Position numbers and translations under genes: made by a program. A stretch of DNA of 64,000 nt from Pelomyxa schiedti (lineage: Eukaryota; Protista; Evosea), in NCBI GenBank assembly GCA_020536535.1, contig JAHLWZ010000041.1:1-64000 (forward strand), written 5' to 3'. Positions 25,240 through 37,919 of this stretch are shown here, one piece after another. Within the stretch, counting starts at the first letter, position 1. Every line of letters starts with the position of its first letter. Below the pieces are notes generated by a model that worked only from the letters and a program-made list of their open reading frames with translations, searched no databases and had not been told where the DNA came from.

Positions 25240-28200
25240 TTATGGTTGCTCTACTTTGGGAACAACTATCCTGGTGAGTTGCATGGGGTTATTGTATGTG
25301 ATCCTGGTGCATGGGGAGCCAAGTATCTGCTCCCCCATCAACTTCCTCATCAACTCGATTGGAGATACCCCTTGATAGGAGAACCCTTTATGTTTGTAGA
25401 CATATTCTTTTTGTTCTCGGCCGTTATCCCTGGTGCGAATTCTGTTTGTTTTGTGCATAGTTAGTTTGGAAGGAAGTTTGGTTGGGTTTGAGCGAGACTG
25501 TGGGTGACACTTGTGCTGTGTGGGTGCAGGTTCTTCTCATAAATAAGAATATAGATCACAGAATACATACCTCTTGTACGAAACTCTGCCTTTTTGCCGA
25601 ACGCAGAACTGAAGTCCTCTTTTTTTGTTACGGCCAAGTCCGCTTTCGTCTTTCGTCTGCTTTATCCTCACGATGAATTCCTTTTCTTCTCTGAGAATAT
25701 CCTCACAATCCTGGTCTGTGGCAAACGGGAGGAACCAATGTTCTCTTGTCCAGTTGTTCATCTGTGGTGGTGTGAATGAGCTAATGTGTTTGGGTTTTTG
25801 GTGGTTGCATACGTCAGTGAGAAGCGATTTCTGAGACATGAATCCAAATCCCAAATATCTGAGTAATCTCCTGCAGCGAGTTGTTGTGACCGTATCGGTT
25901 GTGTCATCTGCGTGATATCACGATTAAATGTTAGAATAGAATAGAATAGAATAGAACAGAACAGAACGAAAGGAAAATTTTGAACTGAGTATGCTGGGTT
26001 AAGACAAAAATGTTTCATCATCATACCACAAGCTAACTTTTTGATGCCCGGGAGATATTCACGGCTATCTTCGGCAACAGCGGCCACGAATTCGTCCCAT
26101 TGCACAGTCTCCTTGGCGCCGAAATTTGAAAACCACCACTGGGTGACTTCCGTATCTTTGAGCTGCAGTCCTATCCTTATCCTTGTCAAGGTCTCAATTA
26201 CTTCTTTGATCGATGGTCTCTGCAAGAGGAGAGAAAGTGAGTAAGTACAGAAGGAACACGGGAGAGCCAGAAGATTGAGAAGGAGGTGGGTTGGGAGGGA
26301 AAGAACAAGAGTGTTGATTCAAAACAAGTGGCGGCACACCGAGGTTGGGTTCGAGTCCCACATCCTGGTTATCAGATCCCTCTTTAGCAATTTTAATGGG
26401 TTAAGAAGAAGTGCGCAATCACGCCATACCAATCCAGGGTGCATGGTGGGTGGAAGGCCAGGCCTGTCGCCATTCACACAGACACTTTGATACAATTCAA
26501 TACGGTCATCCCAACCTCTGTCCTTGTGAAACTGCTCTTGGCCTGTGAATAACTCGCCGAATGTAAGCCCCAACGAGTAACTAATCAGTGAATATTAGCC
26601 ACCCGCATCACTCCCTCCACTCTCATCACGTACACATCCGCAGCCGTCGAAGCAGTGTGTTCCGCATAAAAGAACTGTCCAGATTCGTCCACAAAATGTT
26701 CGGCTATTGCCACCTGCTCGAGCAATTCAGGCGCGAAGTACCGCACTGGAATGGGGAAAGAAAGGAGTGAAATAAGAAAGGCAAAAAAAAAAGTAAAAGG
26801 TGTGGCAAAAAGTTTACCATCTCCCATAACATCTTCATTCTCAAGGCTGGTTTTCCCTGGTGGGAGCTTGCAGCAACATCCGAAATCGCACATCTGGGGA
26901 TGAAAGAGAGTGGCATTTTCTATGTGAGTTTCGAAAAGTCGTGAAGGAAAAGCTCACGGCCAGGCACACACCTTTATTTTGAATCCTTCTTCCAGCAAGA
27001 AGTTTTGGGGCTTGATATCACTGTTATTGGGAGCGTGAGTGGAGCTTGAATATGGCAACGAGTTCTACCGGTGAATTACACCGAGGGTCCCATGAAGAAG
27101 AGCAATTGGACGGGCCATCTGTGTGGCCAGCTGCAGGTTGATTTTCATATGCAAGCCGTCGCCAATGAACTTCCTCAGGCAGGATGGCACGTGCCGTGGG
27201 TCCTGAATGACCTTACCCAAGTCGGTGCACGACTTTGGCATTACAAGTTGTACTGTGTAAGTTGAATTGCTGCCTTCCTCGGGGAAAACATGAGCTCCTG
27301 AGAACGGGAAGAACGGTAAGTAAATGAAGACTTCAGCAGTCATTATGTGAGAGCACAGCACAAAACATGTGCTTTAGAAATAATGATAATATCTCTTAAT
27401 AATATTCCAGCTATAAGAAAATATTTACCCATCAGTCTCACGATATTCTCATGGCCACAAGACCTGCAAAAAAAAAAAAAAGATGATGAAGTGAGAAAAC
27501 ACACATATTTTTGAAAACCAAGCACAACAGCACAGCAAACGCAAAAGGGTTGAAGTGAGGGACATTACTGCAGTATCAAGGCGTCCCTCTCCAGGAGCTT
27601 CGTCGGGTCCGCAACTTTTTCGATCTGTTTTACAGCAACATGACCTGCTCCACCCAGGTGGATTCCTTTTTTTGTTCATGGTTACACTAGAAGGTGGACT
27701 CTGAGAGATCAAAAAGTTACCTGCAAACACTTTACCAAAGTAGCCCTTACCAAAGGGTTTCTCCTGGAGCTCGAGTTCACTGGGTTTGATTTCCTGCAGG
27801 GTCATCAACTGCTTCATCTTGTGCTGTTTTTCTAGCCACGTCTCCTTCTCTTTCCTGTTCTGGTCACTCTCGCTCTCTCTGCTCTCGCTCTCGCTGCTCT
27901 CGCTCTCGCTATGGATACGGCTACTACCAATATCCTCCTGAGACTCAAAACCATCATGTGTGTCTGGAAAACCTCTGTATATGTCTCTCTCTGCGCAGGT
28001 AGTTACCCGGGGCCTCTTCACCTGACTACTACGGCCAGCCCCAGCACCACCACCACCATGGTAGTAATAGGATACATCCCTCCCCGTCCTCACCCTCCTC
28101 CTCGTCCTTCCGCGACCATGGAAACCACTACTTGTACTTGGTGATCTGCTCCTTGAGTGTGGGCTACTGCCCCTGCTCTCACTCGTTCTGCCGCCTGTGG

Positions 28201-29343
28201 TAGACCTGCGATTCATCGAATCTGCACAACTAGAAGACCTCGTCTTGCTCCTGCTCCTGCTCCTGCTCCTGCTGTTTCTCCCTCTCGTTTGCAAGGTAAC
28301 AGGCAAATGTGCGGTCGAGGAGGCCTCAGAAGCAGTCTTCGCGGCGGAGTGGTGCCGGGGAGGTTTCGCAAGCAGCTGTTGCTCAAAGTAAGGTTCCACG
28401 TTTGCCGCCGCACCCAATGTGCGCTCAGTACTTCTTCTTTCATCAGAGTTATCGTAAGTTTTCGTGCTGCTGGCGCTGCCTTGATGATGAATGATGGTGC
28501 CACCACCATACCCCTTTGTGGTTGCTGTTGTTGCACTTGAAGAAGAAGAAGAACTGCTGCATGCGTAATGGAAGCCGCCCTTGTTGTTGTAGTTGTGGCT
28601 GTTGGCTGCAACGTCATTGGGGGGGATTATCAGCACACCGTTTTCAGAACGCCATTTGGATGTTGGAGCGGGGGTTGGTGTTCTAGGTTTATTGGTTGCA
28701 ACTGCTGTGATTGTTGTTGTTGTTGTGGTTTTCGGTTTCGCTCTCGGTGGTTTGCAGTGCAACTTGCTTGGGTTTTTCCTTACTGGACCCTTGCCCTGAT
28801 GCTTATAGGCGTATGCGGAGCTCATTTCGTTGAGCACTTGAGTGGGGGTTTTGAGGGGGAGGAGCGATTTGCCATCGCGTTGCCGTTGGTGATCTTGGAG
28901 CTGGGATATAGAGAGCCAGGCAATGTGCTTGCCTAAGTTTTTGAGGAAGGGTGGGCTGGAGGCAGCCTTGCGCTGCGCCGCAGCTGATTTGAACAGTACC
29001 ATGGTCACGTCTCCATCGCTTTTCCAGCGGTCTCTGTTGTTGTGGTTGGTTTGTTGTGTTGGTTTGTGTTGAAAGAGAGGGAGGAGAGCAAGTTGGTTTT
29101 TGTGCGAGACGAGAGAACAATCAAATCTGAATAAGTAAATAAATTGGTCTGTGGGTTTGTGCGGGGGGCACACATTCCGGGCGCGGCTTCGTCGAGTTCC
29201 TTCCACTTCAAACCAGTCAACGAATCGGTGGTGTAGAGCGCGTGGCAGTCCGCCGACAAGAACACGCCCGACGACGAAGTCGTGGTCGTTGTCACAGTAG
29301 CACCAACACCGCTGTTGCTGTTGCTGTTGTTGTTGCTCGCCAT
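25240..29343 (-). CDS. Second SHK-like TKL kinase with SH2-like C-terminus and long Ser/Arg-rich N-terminal extension
   Basis: PFGKGYFGKVF, VAVK, HENIVRLMG, IHR|DIKPQN, CDFG, YFAPE, RMWDSNP; WFLPFATDQDCEDILREEKEFIVR (SH2-like). Probable start is MASNNN at 29343. Confidence 0.85.
25935..25970. repeat. Intronic pentanucleotide microsatellite (AGAAT/AGAAC)n
   Basis: agaatagaatagaatagaatagaacagaacagaac is directly visible. Confidence 0.85.
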
Positions 29344-29973
29344 ATTCACGTGTATATTTCTTTTCCCACTTCCTTTTTGTGCTTGTCGGTGGTGCGGCAC
29401 CCTCCTCCGCGCGGTGAAAAAAAAAAAATTGCACGCAGCTATAATTTTTTTTCCTTTTCTTTTTTCAAAAACATTTGGCTGAGATACACAACTTACTGCA
29501 CTGCAAAGCGTCAATCCCATTTCATCCTTCCAAACAACCCCTTTTGTTTTGGCTACAACACCAAATTATTATATTAGCACAGGTTCTTTGCTTGGGTGAT
29601 TCATTCAGCCCGCCGAAAACCGTGTGTACAGCACACATCCGCACACAAGTAGGCATAATGTGGAAGAAGCTCTCCAGAAGATTGCCTGCCCAACCAGCTG
29701 GTCTACACACCTCTTAGAAGGTTCCTAATGAATGACATTTGACATTTACAGCAGTGTGATTCTCAGCACACCCTCATAACTCTCTTACAACATGGAGCTC
29801 TCTCGTTGTTGGCAATAAGAGACCCACTCCAGCCAGCCACTACGGCCGTTTTCTGTGCTTTTATAGAAAGGAATAAAAACCTCACACCACCACAGCTGCT
29901 GTTTGGAGCCAGGAAAAAAAAACAAAAAGAAAAAAACGGAACGGATTTATTTTTGGAGAAAGTCTAGGAATAA

Positions 29974-30650
29974 CCTGTGTCGGCACAATAACTCGGCTCG
30001 GGGGGTGTCTTGGGGGGTTGCGGTGCTGGGTTGGTTTCCCGCGGGTGGTTCTTCCTTCTCCTGCAAAAGTACAAGTTAGTGCTATATTCAAANNNNNNNN
30101 NNNNNNNNNNNNNNNNNNNNNNNNNNNNNNNNNNNNNNNNNNNNNNNNNNNNNNNNNNNNNNNNNNNNNNNNNNNNNNNNNNNNNNNNNNNNGTAATTTT
30201 TCAAAGTCAGAAAAGTACACACTTTAAAAGTTGGACCCACACACCACAACCCCCCAAAACAACCTGTGTCGGCACAATAACTCGGCTCGGGGGGTGTCTT
30301 GGGGGGTTGCGGTGCTGGGTTGGTTTCCCGCGGGTGGTTCTTCCTTCTCCTGCAAAAGTACAAGTTAGTGCTATATTCAAAGTCGGAAAGCACACACTTT
30401 AAAAAAGTTCCAGGGTCCAATAATATCCAAGAGAGAACAGAACCACAACCCCAATAACCCTGTGTCGGCACAATAACTCGGCTCGGGGGGTGTCTGGGGT
30501 TGTGGTTCTTCCTTCTCCTGCAAAAGTACAAGAAGTTAGTGTTGTAATTTTTCAAAGTCAGAAAAGTACACACTTTAAAAGTTGGACCCACACACCACAA
30601 CCCCCCAAAACAACCTGTGTCGGCACAATAACTCGGCTCGGGGGGTGTCT
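29974..30650. repeat. Tandem array of 155-196 bp units carrying an identical 37-bp core, interrupted by a 100-N gap
   Basis: CCTGTGTCGGCACAATAACTCGGCTCGGGGGGTGTCT at 29974-30010, 30263-30299, 30459-30495 and 30614-30650. Two alternating, related spacer types. Confidence 0.95.
30093..30192. other. Scaffold gap (100 N) inside the tandem array
   Basis: N run flanked by repeat sequence on both sides, so the array is probably collapsed. Confidence 0.95.
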
Positions 30651-31499
30651 TGGGGGGTTGCGGTTATTCCTGGAATTTTCTACCAAGTCTCGAATCTTCG
30701 CGCACAGAGGCACTATGTACCTTTGAAGCTGTTAGTGGTGCTATACAGTAAATTAGTGTGGATCGTTACCGTTGTATGTAATTCCGATTTGTCCGTAAAG
30801 TAGTTCGAGGTATAGCACGCAAATGAGAGTAATTTCTTAACATGGTGTGCGAAGCATGGTGAAAAACAGCAAGCAATAATTTTGACTGTGTTGCGATTTG
30901 AGGGCAGGGAGGAAAAAAAAAAAAAGAGCGCAAACAGGGGGACAAGCATACACTGCGTTTGTGGTGATTTGGTATCCTTCTTGCTCCCCATTGTCGGGGG
31001 TACTACGGTGGTCGTGGTCTTCGTACTTGTGCGTGCCGCTAGATCTTGATTTTTGGGTTTGTTTTGATTTGCTTTTTGCTTTTTTTTTTGGTTTTTCTTT
31101 TATGTGTGTTTAGAGCCGGAATTTACATTTTTTGGCAACTCCGCCAGACATAAAAATATCATACGAGACAGAAATTATGTCAAGATCTGGAACGTGACGA
31201 TGAGATCCGCAGCGAAGGGCCCAGTTGTTGTCCTCGTTGTTGTTGTGGCGGGTGATACACGCGCAGTGGGAGTGGGGCCCATCGTGAAACCAACCAACGT
31301 GATCGTGAGATCGAGATCGCTCGCGGTGCTCGCTCGTGCTTTGGATGGACAGTTTTGCCGCCATTTGACTACGACTGCGATGCTGCTGAAAGTGTGGAAT
31401 CTGGTCTTTTTTCAGCGCGCACTACTTGCCCGTCGTCGTTGTGTGCCGGCGGAAGGAAGCGTGATATTGATGTGATGGGGGTTGCGTGATCACGTACGT

Positions 31500-32900
31500 G
31501 ACTCAGGACACGCGAACTCGTAAGTGAAAGTACAAGGTAGTATCTCGCCCATCCATTATCTTTTATGGTCACTTGGTTGCACAGTTGTTGTGTTGTTGTC
31601 TAGTGCCGCGGGGCACTTCTGGCAGAAACCGTTGGTTCGTAGTGTGAGTTTTCCTTTTTTTTTGTGCTTATTGATTATTCAGAACTCCCAACTTGAAGCA
31701 CACTCTATGGAGAATCTTCCTTCCCTTCAAGTAGTGTGTGTATTGTGGTATGTATTTCTTTTTCTTGAACCAACATACACCTTAGACTACTGTAGGAGTG
31801 CATTTCTTCAAACTTACAAAGTTTGTTCAATTCTAGCGTCTGGCTGTTGCACGCCATTGTGCGAAAATCAACCCCTCATGCATTGATAACAATGCGGGAA
31901 CACATCGCGTTGGGTTCATTTCAACACTATGACACCGTTATTGTGACATTCGCGTGCTCACTGCAAGCTTCAATGAACCAACCAACAAGTAGGTTTCCTC
32001 AGTCATTATTGCATTGCTCGGTTAACGAACAGCCAAGTCTCCTTCCTCTCTCTACATTTGCAAAAAAAGAACCTCTTTATATCTATCCAACGCCAACGCA
32101 TCTCCTCCTCATGAGTGCCAGCTTTATGAACCATTTTGCCAAGTATGTTGGAATATATATTCTTGCCTTTTTTGCTTACCACTCTCGATAACCGCGAGTT
32201 ACTTTCGGATTTGTAATATGATGAGCTTGATGCTAGAAAGAAGTCACCACTCTCGCACCCCAGGGGGGACTGTGTGGCTCTGTCAGGTGATGAGAAATCG
32301 CAAATGACATTGCCAATCAATCCCTCTTGGGAGGGAGGACCCACAACGAGCTGGCCCATCCTCTCTCAGACCCGAACGAAGCTTATTTTGTCTGTGCCGG
32401 AAGTATTATCACGGCTGCTATTCCGTAGTGGCGACCTCCCACGAAAAATGAGTATCACCACTGCCAATGACTGCCCTTTTCGGAGATTCAGCACGAGATG
32501 GTGTACATTACAAGAAGATTATCGTGGAGATAAATGGAAGTCAGATGCAGTACAAATCTTAAAAAAAGTCTCCCCAAGTAATTTGTGTTGGAATCACCTT
32601 GGTAATGAAGGTTGTATTTACTACATTCTCGCACTTATATTTATGTATGCCAATAGAGAACTTAGAGAGGAGTGCTACTTGGCAGGTATACACTTCTGGA
32701 ATACATACAAATTCCAAATTAAATTGCAAAGAAACCTGGTTCCTGATTAGTGGGAAAAGAACAGTTTGTTACACTAAGAACACACCACCAGCAGCTCCAA
32801 ATGCTGTAATGGGGCTTCTTTCTCCACTTAGTTTTTCATACAAGGAGCTTCCTGTTGTAGGTTTTATCTGAGTAGATTCTACCTCTGAAGGGTGATTTGC
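31500..32900 (+). CDS. Hypothetical spliced protein, boundaries uncertain
   Basis: Coding-like ORF 32274-32750 plus flanking GT-AG introns. No domain recognised. Confidence 0.3.
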
Positions 32901-33083
32901 TCTGCGGAAAATCATGAGTAGCCTACTAGTGTTTCACCTCTGGTGAAAGTTTGGACAGCAGTAACATCACTTTTCACAAGTTTGGTGTCTTTGGATGGGA
33001 GTTCCGCTTGCGCAGAAGGGGTTGATCTTCAAAGATTCACAATCATCGGGTGCGAAAAAACCGTTTTGCAACACGCAAGCCAC

Positions 33084-35790
33084 ATGTCTCTCCTCATGGA
33101 CGTGGCCGCGGCTGTGTCTGCCCCCGCACAGCAACCAAGCAAGGCTCAGGCCTGCCCGCCGGGCGCAGGGGGAGGCACCAGCCGTCCCCCGCTGCCCCAA
33201 CACCCCCTTCCCCCGCTGCCTCCCCTGCCCCCCGCGCCCCCCTCTGCCCCCCCGCGCTTGACCCCACCGCCTTCATCTCCCTCCTCCTCCTCCTCCTCCT
33301 CGCTGTCCTCCTCATCCTCAGGCTCCCCCTCCACCACCGCAACCACCTCCACGAGCTGCCCGAACTCCCCCCAGGCCACGGGGGCGGCGGCCGCAACCTC
33401 CGGTGCGTCGTCATGGGCTTATGGGTCCATGCCCCCGGCCACGACGCCTCATCAGGGCACGATGGCCCTACATCACATTCACTTGACCAAGCCATCCCCC
33501 GCATGTGGCGAAATATCTCCTTCTTTATCTCTATCTTCTCCCGCTCTTTCTTTTCCTTCTTCTTCTTGTTCTTCTTCTTCTCCCTCTGCTTCATCCTCAG
33601 CAGTACCATCTTCACCGGCTTCTTCTTCTTGTTCTTTATCTTCATCGTCGCCGTCTTTGCCTATTTTGTCTCAGCAAGCAGCTTGTTTGACGGAGGGTTC
33701 TGTTTCCATTCCTACTGTGCCCCCAGGGGAATCCAATGTTACTGTGGAACCTGCATCAAAGGACCCTTCTCCTTCTCTTTGCACGACTCCTCGCGGTTCA
33801 CCTAAATCGAATCGAGTTCGACATTCCCTTCCCAAACACATGCCACCTCCTATTCCTCGAAATAGGCAGCAACCCCGCACTTTACCAGATTCTTCCCCTT
33901 TGTCGAGTGAGGGTTGCTCATCCACATCAGAATCAAAGAATTCTTCCCCTGGTTGCTCTATGGCTACACCTGCTATGCCAAGTCACATGAAGAACTGTAC
34001 CAAAAGTAGTCAACGGTTCGTGCCACTACTGATGGGGAGAAATTATCCAACAAACCCTACACACTTAACAACTAACCGTAAAAAAAAACAAACAGGATTG
34101 CCCTGTTTGAGGAAGCAATTTCACCTACTCTTGAGACATTGTCTCTTACCCGGATTAGAGAATTGGCATTTCAAGGAATACCTGATATGTCTAATTTGAG
34201 GCCTCTCTACTGGAAGGTACTAGTTGTAAATGACTGCTTCTCTTTTAACTTTGTCAGATTCTTCTCGATTTCCTTCCATTGGATAGGAGTCAGTGGGCGA
34301 CCACTCTTTTCGAAAAGAGAAAATCCTACTGCAGCTGGAGAGTGGAATTTGATCTCGAAATGAAAACACTCACTGAACTTGTATCAAACCTCTTTTTTGT
34401 TTCCGGAATGATATTTCATTTCAGCCTTCAGTCTCACCATTAGCACCCGACAAACTCGCAATAGACGAAATTATTAAAGACATTACGAGAACCTCCCCTC
34501 ATCTCCAACTTTTCAACTTCACAGTAAGCAGAGAGACTACACTTCTTTACATAATGTTCCCAGTCAGGTGAAACTGTGCACTACCACGCCTTAAAGCATA
34601 TTTTGTTTATATTTGCCAAACTCAATCCAGGAATTCGTTATGTGCAAGGTTAAACTCTTATCTTTTTTCATTTCTCTAGTTACTTATCTTAGGCATGAAT
34701 GCAATCCTTGCTCCATTGTATTATGTTTGCACATCTGAGGCCGGAAAAGATGACCCAGGTATTTCTCTTTCTCTGCAATCCCAATTTACTTTGATATTAG
34801 AAGCTCTTTTAAATGCAGAAGCTGATACATTTTTTTGTTTCAGTGGTCTTATGGCAGAAGTAATGGATCATTTCATCAAATCGTACGTTTGAGTGTATTT
34901 TCATTATCACCCTGAGAATTCCAAATCAGAATGGACTCCTCATCAGTTGGTGTACACAAGACACTTGGAAAGCTTGATGCATTACTCGAGTTCCACGATT
35001 ATGAGGTCCAACAACTCAAATTATATCAACCAACAATGATACTGAATCGCAGTTGTGGACGACCTTAGAAAGCAAAGGGCTTACCATTGAAGTTAACATA
35101 TGTCTCCTTTTTTTAGTTCTTATTTTTATTCAGTTGTATACCCTGCGGTGGATATTGTTACTAGTTTCCCAGGTGATATCTTCACTTGGTATGTACATTG
35201 CAGACTAATTTATAATAGGAATTTGAACTTCCTGATGTATTGCGCCTTTGGGACTCCTTTTTAGCCGACGCAAATAGGTTTGATTTCATGCTGTATTTCT
35301 GTTGTGCTATGATAATGTACGCTCAATTCTTATAACAATTAATGGCTCATTTACCAAACAGAAATGTGAGAGATGAATTATTGATAGGGGACTTCCCTTC
35401 CAACATGTTCCTTCTTCAGGTCTACTATGCAATAGGAAAACGCTCATAAATCTTAATCTGCTCAAAACAAAAACAAAAAAGAATTACCCTCCGATGGAAC
35501 TTAATACTCTTCTACAACAAGCTGCCGAACTTCGTGATAACACCGATCCTCTACTACTTAAAAATGCCATACCCCTGAATCAAAAGAGAGAGGAGGATTT
35601 CTCCCCTACCCGGCATGACACTGGCAGTGATAGTGAAGAAAGCTCAGATAGTGACACGCAGACAATAACTCGCACTCTAATGAAGGTACTTATCACAGAA
35701 TCCAGAATCCTCCTTTCCGAACTCAAAACCTTGTAGGTTGCTCACATCACCAAGGGGAAAAAAAAGGCATCCAAAAAAGGACCTCCTTGA
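33084..35790 (+). CDS. TBC1D13: TBC-domain Rab GTPase-activating protein (TBC1D13-like) with Ser/Pro-rich N-terminus
   Basis: KRIALFEE...IRELAFQGIPD...LRPLYWK|ILLDFLP, IIKDITRT, KLNPGIRYVQG|MNAILAP, EADTFFCF, LRWILLL, EFELPDVLRLWD. Confidence 0.85.
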
Positions 35791-35997
35791 CTGACTGTTC
35801 TCATACTAGCAGTATCCCCAAGCATTTCCCAGGGGAGAGACTCCCCCTGAAAATGCTCCAAGGTTGTTGTGTTTTTTTTATCAAAACGAGAATGGAAATG
35901 CTGCCTTTTGTTGGGCAGGTGGTATTCCATTCAAAACAAAGCACTTTTTCTTTTTTTTTTTCCCAATGAGTGAAATATGATGAGTTTTAGTGTGGCT

Positions 35998-37760
35998 TTA
36001 TAAGTCTTTTTTGTGCCCTGCTGGCTTTACTTTCATTTGGCATGAAGCACTGTAATCAGGGTTCTTCTCAATCCTCAAGACGTAGTCAATGTACCATTCA
36101 TAAAGTGGATCCCCAATTGTTGTGGTTGGTGGTTCTGAAGGAAGTTCAAATTCAAATCGGTGCTCAACTGTGGATCCACGTGTGAAAGCCTTTTGGAAAG
36201 AAAACCATATCAGATATAGTACCTTTCCATAGAAGTGGGTCTATGTACCTTGTTGGCATATCGGTCGTCAACACATTTTTTCACCCACCATTCACTGATG
36301 GTGCGGTGTTGCTTTTTGCCTTTGGAGCTTATGTCCAGTTAGATAGGACAGAGGAAAAAGTTCGTTGTAGTAGCTTACTCAAGATATGACTCCTTCTTTT
36401 CAGCCCTTAGTGTCATTTGGGCATCTTGTATAAGTGGTGCAAATATGCCAGCAGTATGGGAAACCACAACTTCGAACTTATCTCCGACTGTGAACGGAGT
36501 CCAGGAAAGCCTTTTAGCCGAGTCGGAACTGAGTAGGCGAACTTCAATGATGGGCTCGCTGACAGACAGTAGGGCGAACATATGGTAAAAGGCCAATATG
36601 AAGAGACCTAGATATGGAATTTAGTGAGATAAGGTTTCGACAAGAACAGACAGACCTAACCCATAGGCAACCATTTCAGTGTACCAATAATAGTGTGGGG
36701 GGGCAACTGGGCTAAGGAATTAGGGGAGGATTATGCCATAAGTAGAAAATACCTGTTAATATAAAGATTTAGACAAAAACCGCAGACACAGCAGTACACG
36801 ACAGCAGATAACATTCCCCACTTCCAAGCAAACGAAAAGGAATATGAAGTCTGTCAAACTAACGTCACGAGGGAAATAATAAAGAGTTAAGCAGTACCTT
36901 GTTTATTTCAATGAATCCTTCAGAATCAGCTTGATGTTCTTTCCATTTGGCATTGGGATCGGAAACCAAAAGAATAACCCAAAATAGAACTAACCCAATT
37001 TGCACAGAGCCAAGTAGATACACTGAAGGGATTATGTTAGAAGTTGGGCTGTTTAAACTGCATACCAAACGGTTTGAACGAGAGCTCTGGAATTAAGAAA
37101 GAAACTTCAGGGTGATTCAAGTCAATGCATACATCTATCGTACTGACTGCAGTTTGAGGGGTAAACAAGTTGACTTGTGTTCCCTTTACTCTTGACTCCC
37201 TAGGGATGTCAGAGCCGATTCAAAGGGTTAATATCTAGTACAGTTCCATATTGTATTGTACTGCAGCAGAGCGGGTACTGAATTCCAATCTTCTCCTGTG
37301 AGCAAAGATGTCCTGACCAGTGAATATTCGTCCTACTTCTTGGGGATACTGGTATTGATATACAACCTTTAAAAATGGTAAGAAGGAGAAGAGGAAGAAT
37401 GAACAGTACAGAGGGGGCATAAGAGTAATAACCCCTTTTGCTGCCCCTGTGATATATTTCATCCACATAAAATTGCCCTTGCATAACGCCTTTTACTTTT
37501 CCCTCCCCATCAAGGCAACTCTGGCACAAGGGAAACAAATTAAACTACAATAAGAAGAATTAGAAAAAAAAACCTGGACTAGGGAGACATCATAGTAATG
37601 GCCACTCAACCAATGGTAGCCTAAGTATAATTGCACAACCAAAAGTACAATGATAATGCCAAAGTCTGACCCACACTTAGTGATTGAGTTAGTTGGCAAA
37701 AAACATTTCGCCGCACATCCCCCCCATAATGAGCACTCAGTTACACACCCGTCGCCCAAA
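35998..37760 (-). CDS. Membrane protein with DUF3592-like domain and arrestin-like C-terminal beta-sandwich; start uncertain
   Basis: N-terminal TM; YAPSVVYQYQYPQEVGRIFTG and KGTQVNLF resemble DUF3592; further TM segments; C-terminal HRFEFELPSEPPTTIG...EWYI resembles arrestin-fold domains. Recognition is by eye only. Confidence 0.55.
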
Positions 37761-37919
37761 CAGCTGCATGGCTGGCTGCTTTATTATTTGGTTTTTTTCT
37801 TTGTTTTGTTTTCGGATTTCCCTTCTCAAAAAAGTGGTTGTGGAAAAGGTCAGAAAAAGAGCAAACACGCAGAACTAAGAAATACGAGAAAAAATTTGGC
37901 GGAAGATGATTCTCTAGTC

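Noticed and set aside
29560-29880. Possible kinase C-terminal remnant (MELSRCWQ)
   Set aside because: A single weak motif surrounded by stops; not distinguishable from chance.
29974-30650. CRISPR array (37-bp partly palindromic repeats)
   Set aside because: Spacers are 118-159 bp, homologous to each other and recur as A/B types; there are no cas genes, and the context is eukaryotic.
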